Assembly (NCBI GenBank): GCA_028277745.1 | Contig: JANQFR010000068.1 | Location: 110,676 to 174,675 of the forward strand | From: Phycisphaeraceae bacterium | GTDB lineage: Bacteria > Planctomycetota > Phycisphaerae > Phycisphaerales > Phycisphaeraceae | Length of the DNA stretch: 64,000 bases | Direction: 5' to 3' | In this document: in pieces, positions 27,413 to 37,204 of the stretch | How positions within the stretch are numbered: the stretch's first letter is position 1 | Layout of the letters: each line of letters starts with the position of its first letter | Program-made: the position numbers and the translations under genes | The notes under the pieces: model-generated | Told to the model about the DNA's origin: nothing | Databases searched by the model: none | The model's input: only the letters and a program-made list of their open reading frames with translations

Positions 27413-28225
27413 ATGCCCGCCCGCACGCCGGTCAAGACCCTGGACGCGCAGCGATATGCGCAAACCTTCGCCGCCTTCGTCGCACGTTCGTACGAATACC
27501 CGGCCATGACCGATCGGCTGGTCGGGTTCGCCGACCAACTGCCCGAGGGGTTCGCGTGCCTCGACATCGGGGCCGGCACGGGCAAGGTCATCCGCGACTG
27601 GCTTGCGTGCGGCGGCCGGCGGCCCGAGCGCTACGCCGCCGTCGAGCCCAACCCCGCCCACGCCGCCGAGCTGCATGAGGCCGTTGCGTCGCTCGGGATT
27701 GACGCACGCGTCGACGAGGCGCCGTTCGATGCCGCATACCCGATCCCCGGCCGATTCGACCTCGTGCTGTTTTCCCACTCGCTCTATTGGCTGGCGGATC
27801 CCGTCGGCTGCGTGCGTCACGCCTGCGACGCGCTGACCCCCGCCGGCCGCGTCGTCGCCTTCCTCCAGGGCCCGTTCGGCATCCACCCGCTCTACCGCCT
27901 GTTCAACCCCCGCTTCGACCGCGACCACCCCCCCGGCCCCCACCACGGCTTCTCCAGCGCCGAACTCGTCGTTGGCCTCCGTGACGCCGGCCTCCGACCC
28001 GCTGTCCATTTCGACCCCACCCCCCTCGACCTCACCGGCCTGTTCGACCCCGGCCAGGAACGCCAACGCGACGAGTACCTGTCCTTCTGCCTCCAGATCG
28101 AGTTCGCCCAGCTGCCCGAGCCCCTCAAGTCCGACGTCGTCGCCTACCTCCACGCCGCCTGCGTCCAAGACAACGGCCGCCTGCTGTGGTACGAGCCTAA
28201 CGCCACGGTGGTGGTGGAGCGGTGA
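27413..28225 (+). CDS. Class I SAM-dependent methyltransferase
   Basis: Motif I LDIGAGTGK, motif post-I AVEPN, motif II/III DLVLFSHSLYWL; start at ATG 27413. Confidence 0.7.
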   Translation: MPARTPVKTLDAQRYAQTFAAFVARSYEYPAMTDRLVGFADQLPEGFACLDIGAGTGKVIRDWLACGGRRPERYAAVEPNPAHAAELHEAVASLGIDARVDEAPFDAAYPIPGRFDLVLFSHSLYWLADPVGCVRHACDALTPAGRVVAFLQGPFGIHPLYRLFNPRFDRDHPPGPHHGFSSAELVVGLRDAGLRPAVHFDPTPLDLTGLFDPGQERQRDEYLSFCLQIEFAQLPEPLKSDVVAYLHAACVQDNGRLLWYEPNATVVVER

Positions 28226-28261
28226 TGGGAATCGCTCCCCGGACGCCTGCCGCCTCACGTC

Positions 28262-28948
28262 ATGATGTTTAGGGATTGGCCGAAGGGTATACTCAACCGC
28301 ATGGAGTCGCCGGGTCCTCAAGCCAATGAAAGTCAGCGCCGCCCCAGGCCTCGCCCGGTTTACGGCTGGTGCGCGGTTGCGGCGTCGATGATCGCTTTGT
28401 TGGCCTTGGTGGTTGGGCCCTGGCTGGTGGATTGGCTGACCCCTCCCCCTCCCCCGCCGTCCCAGGTGACCCGGCATCTTTCCTTGAAGGATCTGGCTTC
28501 AAGCCTGATCGACAAGGTGCGCAACCAGGGAGAAGCGGCGGAAGATCCGGAGTCTCCGCTTGACGCCGAAGAACCGGACCCCGTATCGATCGACCTCGAC
28601 GTGAACGACCAGAGCAGCGGCCAGTGGGTGCGCTTCTCTTTCTCAACGGGGCCAACGCCAAGCATGACGGTCATCACGCCCCCGAAGCCGGCCTGGCTCG
28701 TCGCCCTGGAAAAGGCCCTGGTCGGGATGATCCTCGGTGGCGGGACGCTCGCATGGGCGTTGGGGGTGGTGTCGCAATTCCGTGGCGAGTTCTGGGTCTA
28801 CGGCGCGGCCGCCCAGTTCACCGGAACACTGACGGTGACGCTTTTCCTGCTCGCGATGTTCATCGCCGCGTTGATGATGCTGGTTGTGCTGATCGTTGTC
28901 GCGGCGGTGATCGCCTTGTTGTTAGGCGTGGACCTGCCTTCCATCTGA
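28262..28948 (+). CDS. Hypothetical membrane protein
   Basis: N-terminal TM helix, polyproline stretch (PPPPPPS), acidic region and three C-terminal TM helices; start uncertain. Confidence 0.4.
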   Translation: MMFRDWPKGILNRMESPGPQANESQRRPRPRPVYGWCAVAASMIALLALVVGPWLVDWLTPPPPPPSQVTRHLSLKDLASSLIDKVRNQGEAAEDPESPLDAEEPDPVSIDLDVNDQSSGQWVRFSFSTGPTPSMTVITPPKPAWLVALEKALVGMILGGGTLAWALGVVSQFRGEFWVYGAAAQFTGTLTVTLFLLAMFIAALMMLVVLIVVAAVIALLLGVDLPSI

Positions 28949-28968
28949 ATCCGGCAACACCCCCCGCC

Positions 28969-29481
28969 TTAAAGACGGAGCCGCATCACCGCTTCGCCGT
29001 CCTCGTATTCGCCCGTGAGTTCAAACCCGTTTTTTTCGTAGAACCCTTGCGGGCCGCCCTCAGCCTGGACCACACTGGTCAGCAACTCGGTCGCGCCCGG
29101 CCGGGTCCTGACGTGCTCGATCAACAGCGCCAGCGCCCGCTGGCCATAACCCATCCCCTGATAGCGGGCGTCGATCATAAAACGCCATAAATAGTACTCC
29201 GGCGGTTCCGGCTGGTCCGCCAGCATCACGAAGCCGACCGGCGTCTCGTCGGCGTACACCGCCCGGAACCACGCGTGCTCCGAGAAATAGGCCTGCGCGA
29301 TGGACACCGCGTTCGGCGCCACGAACTTTGTCTGCTCGTCACGGACCGACAGCCCGCAGATCGTGCGCACGCTGTCCCCGGTCACCTCACGGAGCGCCAC
29401 TTCATCACGGCCGGATGGCGTCGCCTGGGACTCTGTCATCGATCTCCTCAAATCTCGGGTTGCCCCGTGTTGTTCCATCAA
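28969..29481 (-). CDS. GNAT family N-acetyltransferase
   Basis: YQGMGYGQRALALLIEHV...GFYEKNGF acetyl-CoA binding motifs; the start may be at the internal Met (MTESQ). Confidence 0.7.
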   Translation of the reverse strand: MMEQHGATRDLRRSMTESQATPSGRDEVALREVTGDSVRTICGLSVRDEQTKFVAPNAVSIAQAYFSEHAWFRAVYADETPVGFVMLADQPEPPEYYLWRFMIDARYQGMGYGQRALALLIEHVRTRPGATELLTSVVQAEGGPQGFYEKNGFELTGEYEDGEAVMRLRL

Positions 29482-29831
29482 CCGTCATCGGCGGTGGCGC
29501 CGTCTTCATTGGGGGCGATGCGCTCGAAGGTTTCAAAGATCGATGGGTCGTCATCCCAGGCATGGAGTTGGCCGTCGGCCTGCCGCAGCCACAGCGCCGT
29601 GGGGTCGGCCTCGGCTCCGCTCAACACCCGCCAGACCTCCCCCGCGGCATAGACCTTTCCCGTCGGATTCCCGTCTTCATCCAACCTCGGCAGGTCATTC
29701 CTGAGGCGGACCAGGTCTCCCGCACGAAGCCCGCATGAATACTGCTGAATGTTGAATTCGGTGACCGGCACGTAGCGATCTCCGCCCGATTCATCGCCGA
29801 TGCGAAGGATGTACTCGCGCTCCTCGCTCAT
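29478..29831 (-). CDS. Hypothetical protein, 4-nt overlap (ATGA) with the downstream GNAT gene
   Basis: 117 aa with coding-like composition, translationally coupled. Confidence 0.45.
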   Translation of the reverse strand: MSEEREYILRIGDESGGDRYVPVTEFNIQQYSCGLRAGDLVRLRNDLPRLDEDGNPTGKVYAAGEVWRVLSGAEADPTALWLRQADGQLHAWDDDPSIFETFERIAPNEDGATADDG

Positions 29832-29894
29832 GATCGTGAGTCTACCTGACGCCGATGGATCAAGAAAGTATGTTACGAACGCCTGCGACTCGTG

Positions 29895-29975
29895 AAAGCC
29901 GGACCTGAGCGCAGCGAAGGTCCGGATGAGTTGTTTCGACCGTATCCGGACCTTCGCTGCGCTCAGGTCCGGCTT
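29895..29975. repeat. Repeat family A, copy 3 (full palindromic element)
   Basis: aaagccggacctgagcgcagcgaaggtccggat (29895-29927) and its inverted partner atccggaccttcgctgcgctcaggtccggctt (29944-29975). Confidence 0.7.
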
Positions 29976-30022
29976 GATTCAAACAGATAGCCTTGATGTA
30001 TTGAGAAGCAAGCCTGACGGAA

Positions 30023-30114
30023 TGGCTTGACATCATACGATCGAAAAACCCAGCACGCAGGGCGTTTGCGCTGCGCTTGTTCTTTGACAATCTGATATCT
30101 GTGCTTAACCGGCC
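30023..30114. repeat. Repeat family E: about 90-bp direct repeat, copy 1 (left boundary of a low-GC segment)
   Basis: ggcttgacatcatacgatcgaaaaacc...gtttgcgctgcgcttgttctttgacaatctgatatctgtgcttaaccggcc; about 85% identical to 32500-32592; contains two TTGACA hexamers. Confidence 0.6.
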
Positions 30115-30461
30115 GGGCCGCGGAGTGTCGCGGGCAGTTCAAACCAGCCGTCACGACCCGGCTCAAACGGCAGCACCTGTTCAACGGCGTCGATATTGAT
30201 CGGCCCATAGATGTGCGGAAAGAGCTGTTCGCCGCCTTCAAGATTTTCGTAACGGATCTCGGAATCCACTTTCTCGCTGTCGATGCACAACAGCACCAAT
30301 CCGGTTTGCCCCTTGAAAAGGAAGTTGGCGATCGAGATCACCTGGTCGGGTTTCGAGCAATGCAGGAAACCGTCCGAGTGAAGGCTCGGAGCCCGATACC
30401 GGCCTGAGGCCTGCGACGCTTCCCAGGCTTCGCGTGAGGTGATGTGCAGGATGGTGCTCAT
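30105..30461 (-). CDS. DUF952 domain protein
   Basis: LHCSKPDQV...QLFPHIYGPINID is characteristic of DUF952; about 56% GC against a 68% background. Confidence 0.7.
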   Translation of the reverse strand: MSTILHITSREAWEASQASGRYRAPSLHSDGFLHCSKPDQVISIANFLFKGQTGLVLLCIDSEKVDSEIRYENLEGGEQLFPHIYGPINIDAVEQVLPFEPGRDGWFELPATLRGPAG

Positions 30462-30652
30462 GGCTGGATCACGTCAATGGGGCTCAGGCGTCGCGATGCA
30501 CGGCGTCGGGGCGTCTGTCCCGGCTCGGACCAGCCCGCCGGGCTGACCATCCGCGCCCGGCCGTTCGAGATGTTGCCGCAGATGATCCGCTGTGAGCATG
30601 AACGCGAATTCTACTGAAAATAAAACCACAAGATTGGGCAGCCCACCAGAGA

Positions 30653-31114
30653 GTGGATGGCGGCACGATACAGGTGGTTGACCCGGATGGCGTTACAACC
30701 AGCACCGGCGCTGTCAAAACGACTGATACCCAAAACAGCACATTGGTGACGCAGCGGGTGAGTTGGCAGTTAACATATCAAGATCAAAATCTGCCCTGGC
30801 GCGGCACCATCAAGGAAGAGATCACCGAATTGTCTATCAGCCAAAATGTGGATGACCCCAAGGGCGATACAATCGGCGCCGCTTTTACGGACGGCGTGTC
30901 TTGGGAGACAGACCCAGATGGGTCGTTTGATGAAACTCACGTTTCAAATTTTCCCGACCCTCTCCCAAATGCAAATAAGTATCACTCTGTAGGCAATCAC
31001 CAAAAGTTTAAGAACATGGAGGATGGGGGCAACGGGTTCGGCGCCACCTTCGAAACATATCACTGGGTGGATGATGCGGGCGCCGGCGGCGCTGACCATA
31101 AAAAGAAGGAGTGA
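30653..31114 (+). CDS. Hypothetical protein (low-GC islet), weak GTG start
   Basis: 153-aa ORF at about 50% GC, Asp/Thr-rich, AT-rich upstream region; coupled (GTGA overlap) to the next ORF. Confidence 0.35.
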   Translation: MDGGTIQVVDPDGVTTSTGAVKTTDTQNSTLVTQRVSWQLTYQDQNLPWRGTIKEEITELSISQNVDDPKGDTIGAAFTDGVSWETDPDGSFDETHVSNFPDPLPNANKYHSVGNHQKFKNMEDGGNGFGATFETYHWVDDAGAGGADHKKKE

Positions 31115-32262
31115 CCGACGTGCCGGCGCCTATCGGTCGATGGCGAATCGTGTTGGGGGTCTTGGTGATCCCCGCGTTTGTCTTTACGGCGTATTATGGG
31201 TTTTCATGGGTCACGCACAAAGAGCGGACCCAAGCCAATCCGTCCCATCCTGCTCCTGCTGGCTCCATGTCAATTGATAGAGAGCCGCGGTCCGGTCCGG
31301 CGGATCCAAGACAGGAACATACGGGGCGGCGCCCGACGCCAAGCTCGGTCACGGCATCTGATTTGGCCGAGGCCAGGCGCGACGAGGCGCCAAAGAAGGA
31401 TCCGTCAGATTTAGAGCGGCTGCCAGAATCATGGTCTTGGAATTTACTGGGCCCGTCTGGGGAAGTGCTTGAGGCGGATACCTGGGAAGAGGCGTTCGCG
31501 GCTATCGATCATTTTGCTTCGAGCGAAGAAGCGACCCAACTTGAGGTGCTTAGAAAATATCAGAGCCTTCTTGATCGCGGGGACCTGCCCCGGGAAGTTG
31601 AAGCCAATGTGCGTCTGCGCATGGGTGCTCATCTTATAGCGCAATACAACGCAGCCAAGGGCGAAGAATCCCGTGATGAAGAGGCCATCCGTTGGTATCG
31701 CGATCTGTTGACACGGTTCAACGGCTGGGAAAATCACTCATCCGTCATGCGCGCAAGGATCCACCTGGGCAATCTATACGACCGTAACAACACCGGAGGT
31801 CCCGCGGCTTCGAAGTCGTTATACCAACGTGTGCTGGATGTTCCTGCCGAAGAGATCGTTTTTGATCATCCAGAGAAACAGCGGTTTAATGTCAATCATA
31901 TCGAAGCCGCTAAAGCGCCGCGGGCCGGGCGGGCGGCCGCTTTTTTGAGCCCGGAACAATCCGAGTTTTGGGATCAGCGTGATCAGGAGCATCAAAGGGA
32001 TCTCTGGGGGCAGCGCATGTATGAGATTGACTGGATCCGCCAAGGCGCGGCTAAATCATTAGCTTATCTTTATATCGAACCTGGGTTAGGGTTCGTCACG
32101 CGTGAGCGTTTGCAGGGGCTTAAAGACTCGCGCCCCGATGACCCTGTGTTTCAGCAAGCCGTCCAGAAGGTGTACGATTGGTACGACGAAGTTAATTCCA
32201 AGCGTCAGACACCCAACTGGGACAGCCTTGAAGAAGATCGGGTCATTGCCACCTTTCAATAA
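31111..32262 (+). CDS. Hypothetical membrane-anchored protein (low-GC islet)
   Basis: N-terminal TM helix (IVLGVLVIPAFVFTAYYGFSWV), then a 340-aa helical soluble domain; GTG start overlapping the upstream stop. Confidence 0.5.
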   Translation: MTDVPAPIGRWRIVLGVLVIPAFVFTAYYGFSWVTHKERTQANPSHPAPAGSMSIDREPRSGPADPRQEHTGRRPTPSSVTASDLAEARRDEAPKKDPSDLERLPESWSWNLLGPSGEVLEADTWEEAFAAIDHFASSEEATQLEVLRKYQSLLDRGDLPREVEANVRLRMGAHLIAQYNAAKGEESRDEEAIRWYRDLLTRFNGWENHSSVMRARIHLGNLYDRNNTGGPAASKSLYQRVLDVPAEEIVFDHPEKQRFNVNHIEAAKAPRAGRAAAFLSPEQSEFWDQRDQEHQRDLWGQRMYEIDWIRQGAAKSLAYLYIEPGLGFVTRERLQGLKDSRPDDPVFQQAVQKVYDWYDEVNSKRQTPNWDSLEEDRVIATFQ

Positions 32263-32499
32263 TGTGCGGTCACCAAGGCCCCTTGCAGAGATCGGCAAGA
32301 CGATCGTCTTGTGACGCTGCTCAGCTGTCCCGTTGAACTGCTTCAGGCGAGAACGCGGGCAGGCAGACCGCTACGTACTCGGCGCCGCCGGGTCGAGCGT
32401 CTACGCCGACTCGGCCCGGCCAGCCCATTGTCCTCCGCCGCCGCCGTTCCTGGTCAACCGACATTCGGGGCTCGCTGCTGTACCCGACGGGAGGCAAGT

Positions 32500-32592
32500 G
32501 GGCTTGACATAATGCAATCAAAAACCTAACATATAGGAGGTTTGCGTTACGCTTGTTCTTTGACAATCCGATATCTGTTGTAAAGCCGGCCG
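32500..32592. repeat. Repeat family E, copy 2 (right boundary of the low-GC segment)
   Basis: ggcttgacataatgcaatcaaaaacctaacatataggaggtttgcgttacgcttgttctttgacaatccgatatctgttgtaaagccggcc; TTGACA-17nt-TAACAT promoter-like spacing and an AGGAGG motif. Confidence 0.6.
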
Positions 32593-32890
32593 CGGGGCGA
32601 GCAACGGGCCGGTAAGGACGGGAATCCGGGGGCCGAGAATCCGGGGTCCGGCGATCCGGGGGTCGGATCGGCGGTTTCCGCGCCTTCCGGCTTCCCGCTC
32701 CCTCCGGCCGGTCCCGTTTGACGCCGCGATTGGCGGGCCGGTCTTGACGGCCTGTGGAGACGGAGCCGGGCGCCCCGCGGTTGATCTTCGCCGGCCTGGG
32801 CGGTTGTGTGATCGCCCGTCGTCCGCGCCGCAGCCGTTCATTCCGCCAAGACCTGACGCGTAGTGAGGCCCACCCCCTTCCGGGGTCGGG

Positions 32891-33982
32891 TCACCGCACG
32901 ATCCGCGCCCCGCCGCCGCCGGCGACGTGTTCCAGCTCCTTGAGCGTGATCTGGCTGGTGTCGCCTCGGGTGGTCTGGAGCAGCGCGCCGTGGGCGGTGC
33001 CCAGGTTGACGGCGGTCTGGGGGTCCTGGCCGGTGAGAAAGGCGTAGGCGAACCCGGAGGCGAACCCGTCGCCGCCGCCGACGCGGTCTTCGAGGATCAG
33101 GCGTTCGAAGTCGGGGCCCTTGTAGAACGTGTCGGTCTCGGACCAGTAGAGGATGGCCGACCAGTTGTTCTCGCTGGCGCTGAGGACCTCGCGGAGGGTG
33201 GTGCCGATGACCTTGAGGTTGGGGTAGTCCTTGGCGACCTGGCGGACCATGTTTTTGTAATGCTCGATGGGCAGTTCTTTGAGGTTTTCGTCGGTCCCTT
33301 CGATCTCGTAGCCGAGGACCTTCTGGAAGTCCTCTTCGTTGCCGATGAGGCAGTCGATGTAAGGGACCAGGGGCTTGGTGGTGGCGATGGCCTCCTGGGA
33401 GGACCAGAGCTTGGAGCGGAAGTTGAGGTCGTAGGAGACGACGGTCCCGGCCTCGTGGGCGGCCTTGAGGGCCTCGGCGGCGACCTGGCGGGTGGTTTCG
33501 GAGAGGCAGGTGAAGATCCCGCCGGAGTGGAGCCATCGGACGCCGCGTTTGTCGAAGAGCAGGTCCCAGTCGACGTCGCCGGGCTTCATTTTGGAGGTGG
33601 CGGAGTGGCCGCGGTCGTAGAGGGTGACGGCGGCGCGGGGCCCGACGCCGACCTCGGTGAAGTTGAGGCCCATGCGGGCCTCGCGGCCGACGCCGTCGTA
33701 GGGCAGGGTGACGACGTGCTGGGTGTCCATGCCGCCGGAGTGGGCGTGGTTGAGCACGAGCCGGCCGACGGGGTTGTCGACGACGCCGCCGACCCAGCCG
33801 GTGTTGAGGCCCAGGCGGGAGAGGGCGTAGGCGACGTTGTACTCGCCGCCGCCGACGTGGACTTCGAGCTGGTGGGCGAACTCGACCCGGCCGTGGCCGG
33901 GGGGCGAGAGCCGGATCATGCATTCGCCGAGGGAGACGAGGTCGAGTTCACACTCACTGTGGTCAAGCAGGTTGAGCGCCAT
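32891..33982 (-). CDS. PfkB family sugar kinase (2-dehydro-3-deoxygluconokinase-like)
   Basis: Ribokinase-fold motifs GGGEYNVAYALSRLG near the N-terminus and the anion-hole/ATP motif DRVGGGDGFASGFAYAF near the C-terminus; start at ATG 33982. Confidence 0.8.
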   Translation of the reverse strand: MALNLLDHSECELDLVSLGECMIRLSPPGHGRVEFAHQLEVHVGGGEYNVAYALSRLGLNTGWVGGVVDNPVGRLVLNHAHSGGMDTQHVVTLPYDGVGREARMGLNFTEVGVGPRAAVTLYDRGHSATSKMKPGDVDWDLLFDKRGVRWLHSGGIFTCLSETTRQVAAEALKAAHEAGTVVSYDLNFRSKLWSSQEAIATTKPLVPYIDCLIGNEEDFQKVLGYEIEGTDENLKELPIEHYKNMVRQVAKDYPNLKVIGTTLREVLSASENNWSAILYWSETDTFYKGPDFERLILEDRVGGGDGFASGFAYAFLTGQDPQTAVNLGTAHGALLQTTRGDTSQITLKELEHVAGGGGARIVR

Positions 33983-34110
33983 GACGATGCGGGTCCTTTG
34001 CAATCAAGAGATCGAACGGGCCGAACATCTTAGCGAAAACGCCGCCGCGGCGGCGCGCCGAAACGGACGCCGGTACTGTCGGATGTGGTCAACCGCGTTG
34101 TGGGGCGGGG

Positions 34111-34551
34111 TCAATGAGCGTGATCGTGCCCGTGGTGATCATGTCCGTGATGGTCGTGGCCGTCGCCGGCGGCCAGGTCCATCTCGGTGTCGGCGGGCAG
34201 CTTCGCGATCCGGGTCACCTCGATGCCGGGCCGGGGCTTCCACCACACCGCGAAGGTGAACGCGACGGGGTCGCCGACCTTCAGCCCTTCGAGCGACACG
34301 CCTTTTCCGACCCCCATCCCCATGGTGTGGCTGAGCATCGGCTCGACCGAGCCGTCCGCCGCCTTGAACTGAGGCACCGCCTCATGAAGGATTCTCAGCT
34401 CGCTTTTGGGGTCGCCGGCCACGGGCAGGGCTTTGATGACGCCGCGGGTCTCGTAGCTCGCCGACGGTTCGCCGCGGGGCGGTGGGGCGGTCTCGGAACA
34501 GGCGGCCAAGGCGAGCAGCGTGAGGGCGGCGAAAAGGGCGACGGCTTTCAT
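34111..34551 (-). CDS. CusF-like periplasmic copper-binding lipoprotein with His-rich tail
   Basis: Lipobox LALAAC; CusF-like core LRILHEAVPQFKAADGSVEPMLSHTMGMGVGKGVSLEGLKVGDPVAFTF; C-terminal GDGHDHHGHDHHGHDHAH. Confidence 0.6.
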   Translation of the reverse strand: MKAVALFAALTLLALAACSETAPPPRGEPSASYETRGVIKALPVAGDPKSELRILHEAVPQFKAADGSVEPMLSHTMGMGVGKGVSLEGLKVGDPVAFTFAVWWKPRPGIEVTRIAKLPADTEMDLAAGDGHDHHGHDHHGHDHAH

Positions 34552-34585
34552 GAAGCAACTCCGGGGTAAGGTGAAGACGGTCAGT

Positions 34586-35317
34586 TTACGCGTAGATCAT
34601 CTGCCGTGTCTTGCCGCCGTCGGCGATGAAGTTCTGGCCGGTGATGAAGCCGGCCTCGTCAGAACAGAGAAACGCGGCGAGGGCGGCGATGTCTTCGGGC
34701 CGGCCCACGCGGCCGACCGCGTGCTGGGCGTGGTCCCGGTCGGTGAGTTGGGCCGGGTCCTGCCGGGTGTTGATCCAGCCGGGGCTGATGCAGTTGACGC
34801 GGACGTCGGGGCCGAGGCTGATCGCCAGGGCGTGGGTGAGGCCGATGAGCCCGGCCTTGGAGGCGCTGTAGGCCTCGGTGTGGGGCTCGCTCATCAGGGC
34901 GCGGGTCGAGGCGATGTTGACCACGCGTCCGCCGCCGGGCGCGGCGCGGAGCATCGGCTCGGCGGCCTGGACGGTCAGCAGGGCCGACCGCAGGTTAACC
35001 GCCAAAACGCGGTCCCATTCCTCGACGGTCAGCCGGTCCGGGGGCTTGCCGCGCCCGATGCCGGTGTTATTCACCACGATGTCCAGCCGCCCGAAGGCCT
35101 GCTGGGCCCGCTGAACGGCCTCCCGCACGTCCGCCGGCTCGCCCACGTCCGCCGGGACCGCCAGCGCGGCCGAGCCCAGGGCGGAGGCGGCCTCGTTCGC
35201 CGCCGCCTCATCGATCTCCACGATCGCGACGCGGCAGCCCCGCTGGGCCAACGTCGCGGCGATCGCCCGCCCGATGCCGCGCCCCGCGCCGGTGATCAAC
35301 GCCGCTCGTCCCTGCAT
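34586..35317 (-). CDS. SDR family oxidoreductase
   Basis: TGAGRGIGRAIA cofactor motif, NNTG, catalytic S...YSASKAG; 243 aa. Confidence 0.85.
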   Translation of the reverse strand: MQGRAALITGAGRGIGRAIAATLAQRGCRVAIVEIDEAAANEAASALGSAALAVPADVGEPADVREAVQRAQQAFGRLDIVVNNTGIGRGKPPDRLTVEEWDRVLAVNLRSALLTVQAAEPMLRAAPGGGRVVNIASTRALMSEPHTEAYSASKAGLIGLTHALAISLGPDVRVNCISPGWINTRQDPAQLTDRDHAQHAVGRVGRPEDIAALAAFLCSDEAGFITGQNFIADGGKTRQMIYA

Positions 35318-35466
35318 GTTTGGCTCCTGTTTTCAAACGTGATGAACGCGGGGTCGACCCCGCCGCGGAACAGACGCAATCGGGCCGATCTTGTGACGGT
35401 TTTTAGACCCGCGGGCCTCCAGGCATCGTATCCTGTATGAATCAAACCGTACTGAGGAGCCTGACC

Positions 35467-36933
35467 ATGATCCAGCCTCGCCTCATCGTCATGACGCTTC
35501 TGTTGATCGGCCTGGGTTGGCCGGCGGCCGCCGACGAGCTGCGGCTGAAAGACGGCCGCGTGTTCCAGGGGGTGGTCGCCGAAGACGCCGACAACCCCGA
35601 GGCCCCGGTGACCATCGACGCGATGGTCAGCGGGATCCGCGCCACCCTCGCGTTTCCGCGCGACCAGGTGGACCAGATCGCGCGAGACCCGGTGCCGGAG
35701 GGCTTCTTCGACGCCCCCGAAGCGATCTCGCTGCCGCCCGAAGCCATGTTGAGCGGCGACCCGTACATGGTGATCCCGATCGAGGGCAACATCGGCCGGG
35801 AGGTCGATCCGCTGGCGGTCAGGGCGGCGCTGGACCACGCGGTCCAGCGGGGCATCGGTCACGTGGTGTTCACAGTCAACAGCAACGGCGGCGACCCGGA
35901 GGCGACGCGCGAGCTGGCCCGGGTGCTGGAGGATTATGACGACGCGCTGCAATACCACGCCATCGTCACCAAGGCCGAGGGGCTGGCGCTGACGCTGCCG
36001 GTGTGGGCGGACACGCTGCACATGATCCCCGGCTCGACGCTGGGCGGGCTGAACCTGGACGACCTGGACCTCCCGAACATCGACGCCGGCGTGGTCGCCG
36101 CCCGCGCCGCGGCGGTGGCGCAGTCCAAGGGACGCGACGGCTACCCGGTCATGGCCATGATCCTCCCCGAAGAGCGGATCGCCGCGTGGGAGGATGACGA
36201 CGGGACGATGGTCGTCACCGACGGCGTGCCTGAGGACGTGCCGGCCGACCGGGTCGTGTTCGAGGACCTCCCCAACACCCGCCTGGTCCTGTCGGCGAAA
36301 GACGCGGCCGCCATCGGCTTCGCCGAGCCCTTTTCCGGGTCGCCTCAGGACTTGGGCCGGGCGTTGGGCCTCAGCGATTGGAACGCGGCCTCCGATTACG
36401 GCAACCAGGTGATGCAACGCGCCGCCCACCTCAGCGAGCAGCAGGAGCGCCGCGAAGAGGCCCTCGCCATCAAGCGCGAGAACGACATCGCCAACAACCT
36501 CCGCCGGCACGACGAGCTGATCAGCTACGTGCTGTCCAACATACGTGAGTACGAGCAGGTCCGCCCCAGCGAAGGGCAGTACGCCACCTACATCACACGC
36601 GACCGCTTCCGCAATAACCGCACGGGGCGCTACCGCTACGTCATCGCCCGCGACACCAACCGGTTCACCAAGGATTCCCGCAACGAGTGGCGGTACCGCA
36701 CCGACCGCGCGATCAACGCGCTGCAGCGCGTCCGCAGAGGGCTGTCCAGCCTGAACCGGCTCGACACCCAGGCCAGGACGCTGGGGATCGTGCGCGACAC
36801 CAACACGCTGCTCAGCGAAGCCCTGACCGACGCGGAAGGCCGAGCGGTGCGGGTGACGGTCAACCAGCTTTCAAGCTGGGCTCAGCGTGAGATCAACTCG
36901 CTGCGGGCGGGGCGCAATCGGACGGGGAATTGA
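35467..36933 (+). CDS. Secreted hypothetical protein with NfeD/ClpP-like (crotonase-fold) N-terminal domain
   Basis: SD gaggag 8 nt before ATG 35467; signal peptide MIQPRLIVMTLLLIGLGWPAAA; MVIPIEGNIGREVDPLAVRAALDHAVQRGIGHVVFTVNSNGGDP resembles the NfeD/S49 ClpP-class domain; Arg-rich C-terminal half. Confidence 0.45.
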   Translation: MIQPRLIVMTLLLIGLGWPAAADELRLKDGRVFQGVVAEDADNPEAPVTIDAMVSGIRATLAFPRDQVDQIARDPVPEGFFDAPEAISLPPEAMLSGDPYMVIPIEGNIGREVDPLAVRAALDHAVQRGIGHVVFTVNSNGGDPEATRELARVLEDYDDALQYHAIVTKAEGLALTLPVWADTLHMIPGSTLGGLNLDDLDLPNIDAGVVAARAAAVAQSKGRDGYPVMAMILPEERIAAWEDDDGTMVVTDGVPEDVPADRVVFEDLPNTRLVLSAKDAAAIGFAEPFSGSPQDLGRALGLSDWNAASDYGNQVMQRAAHLSEQQERREEALAIKRENDIANNLRRHDELISYVLSNIREYEQVRPSEGQYATYITRDRFRNNRTGRYRYVIARDTNRFTKDSRNEWRYRTDRAINALQRVRRGLSSLNRLDTQARTLGIVRDTNTLLSEALTDAEGRAVRVTVNQLSSWAQREINSLRAGRNRTGN

Positions 36934-37204
36934 GCCCGGGTTCGAGAGCGTCATTCATTACGACTGGCAGTACCCGCGCCTTCTCAGGTAGGCCGGCGGG
37001 TCGCTCGCCGACCTCGAACCGCACGTGATCGAACCGGCCGACTCGCCGCGGCTTAGGGCCGCGAGGATTTTCGCCATCCGTGACCTCCAGCAACAGGAAA
37101 GCCACATCAAGACACACTGCCGTAAAATGCGCCAGCAACTCTGATATAGAAGTGAGATACGCCGTGGAGGCACGTCAATTGACAAGGTTTTTGCAAGGTA
37201 AAAC

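Noticed and set aside
36921-36945. GGGTTCGAGAG motif resembling a tRNA T-arm
   Set aside because: No acceptor or anticodon stem can be built around it. No tRNA genes were detected in the window.
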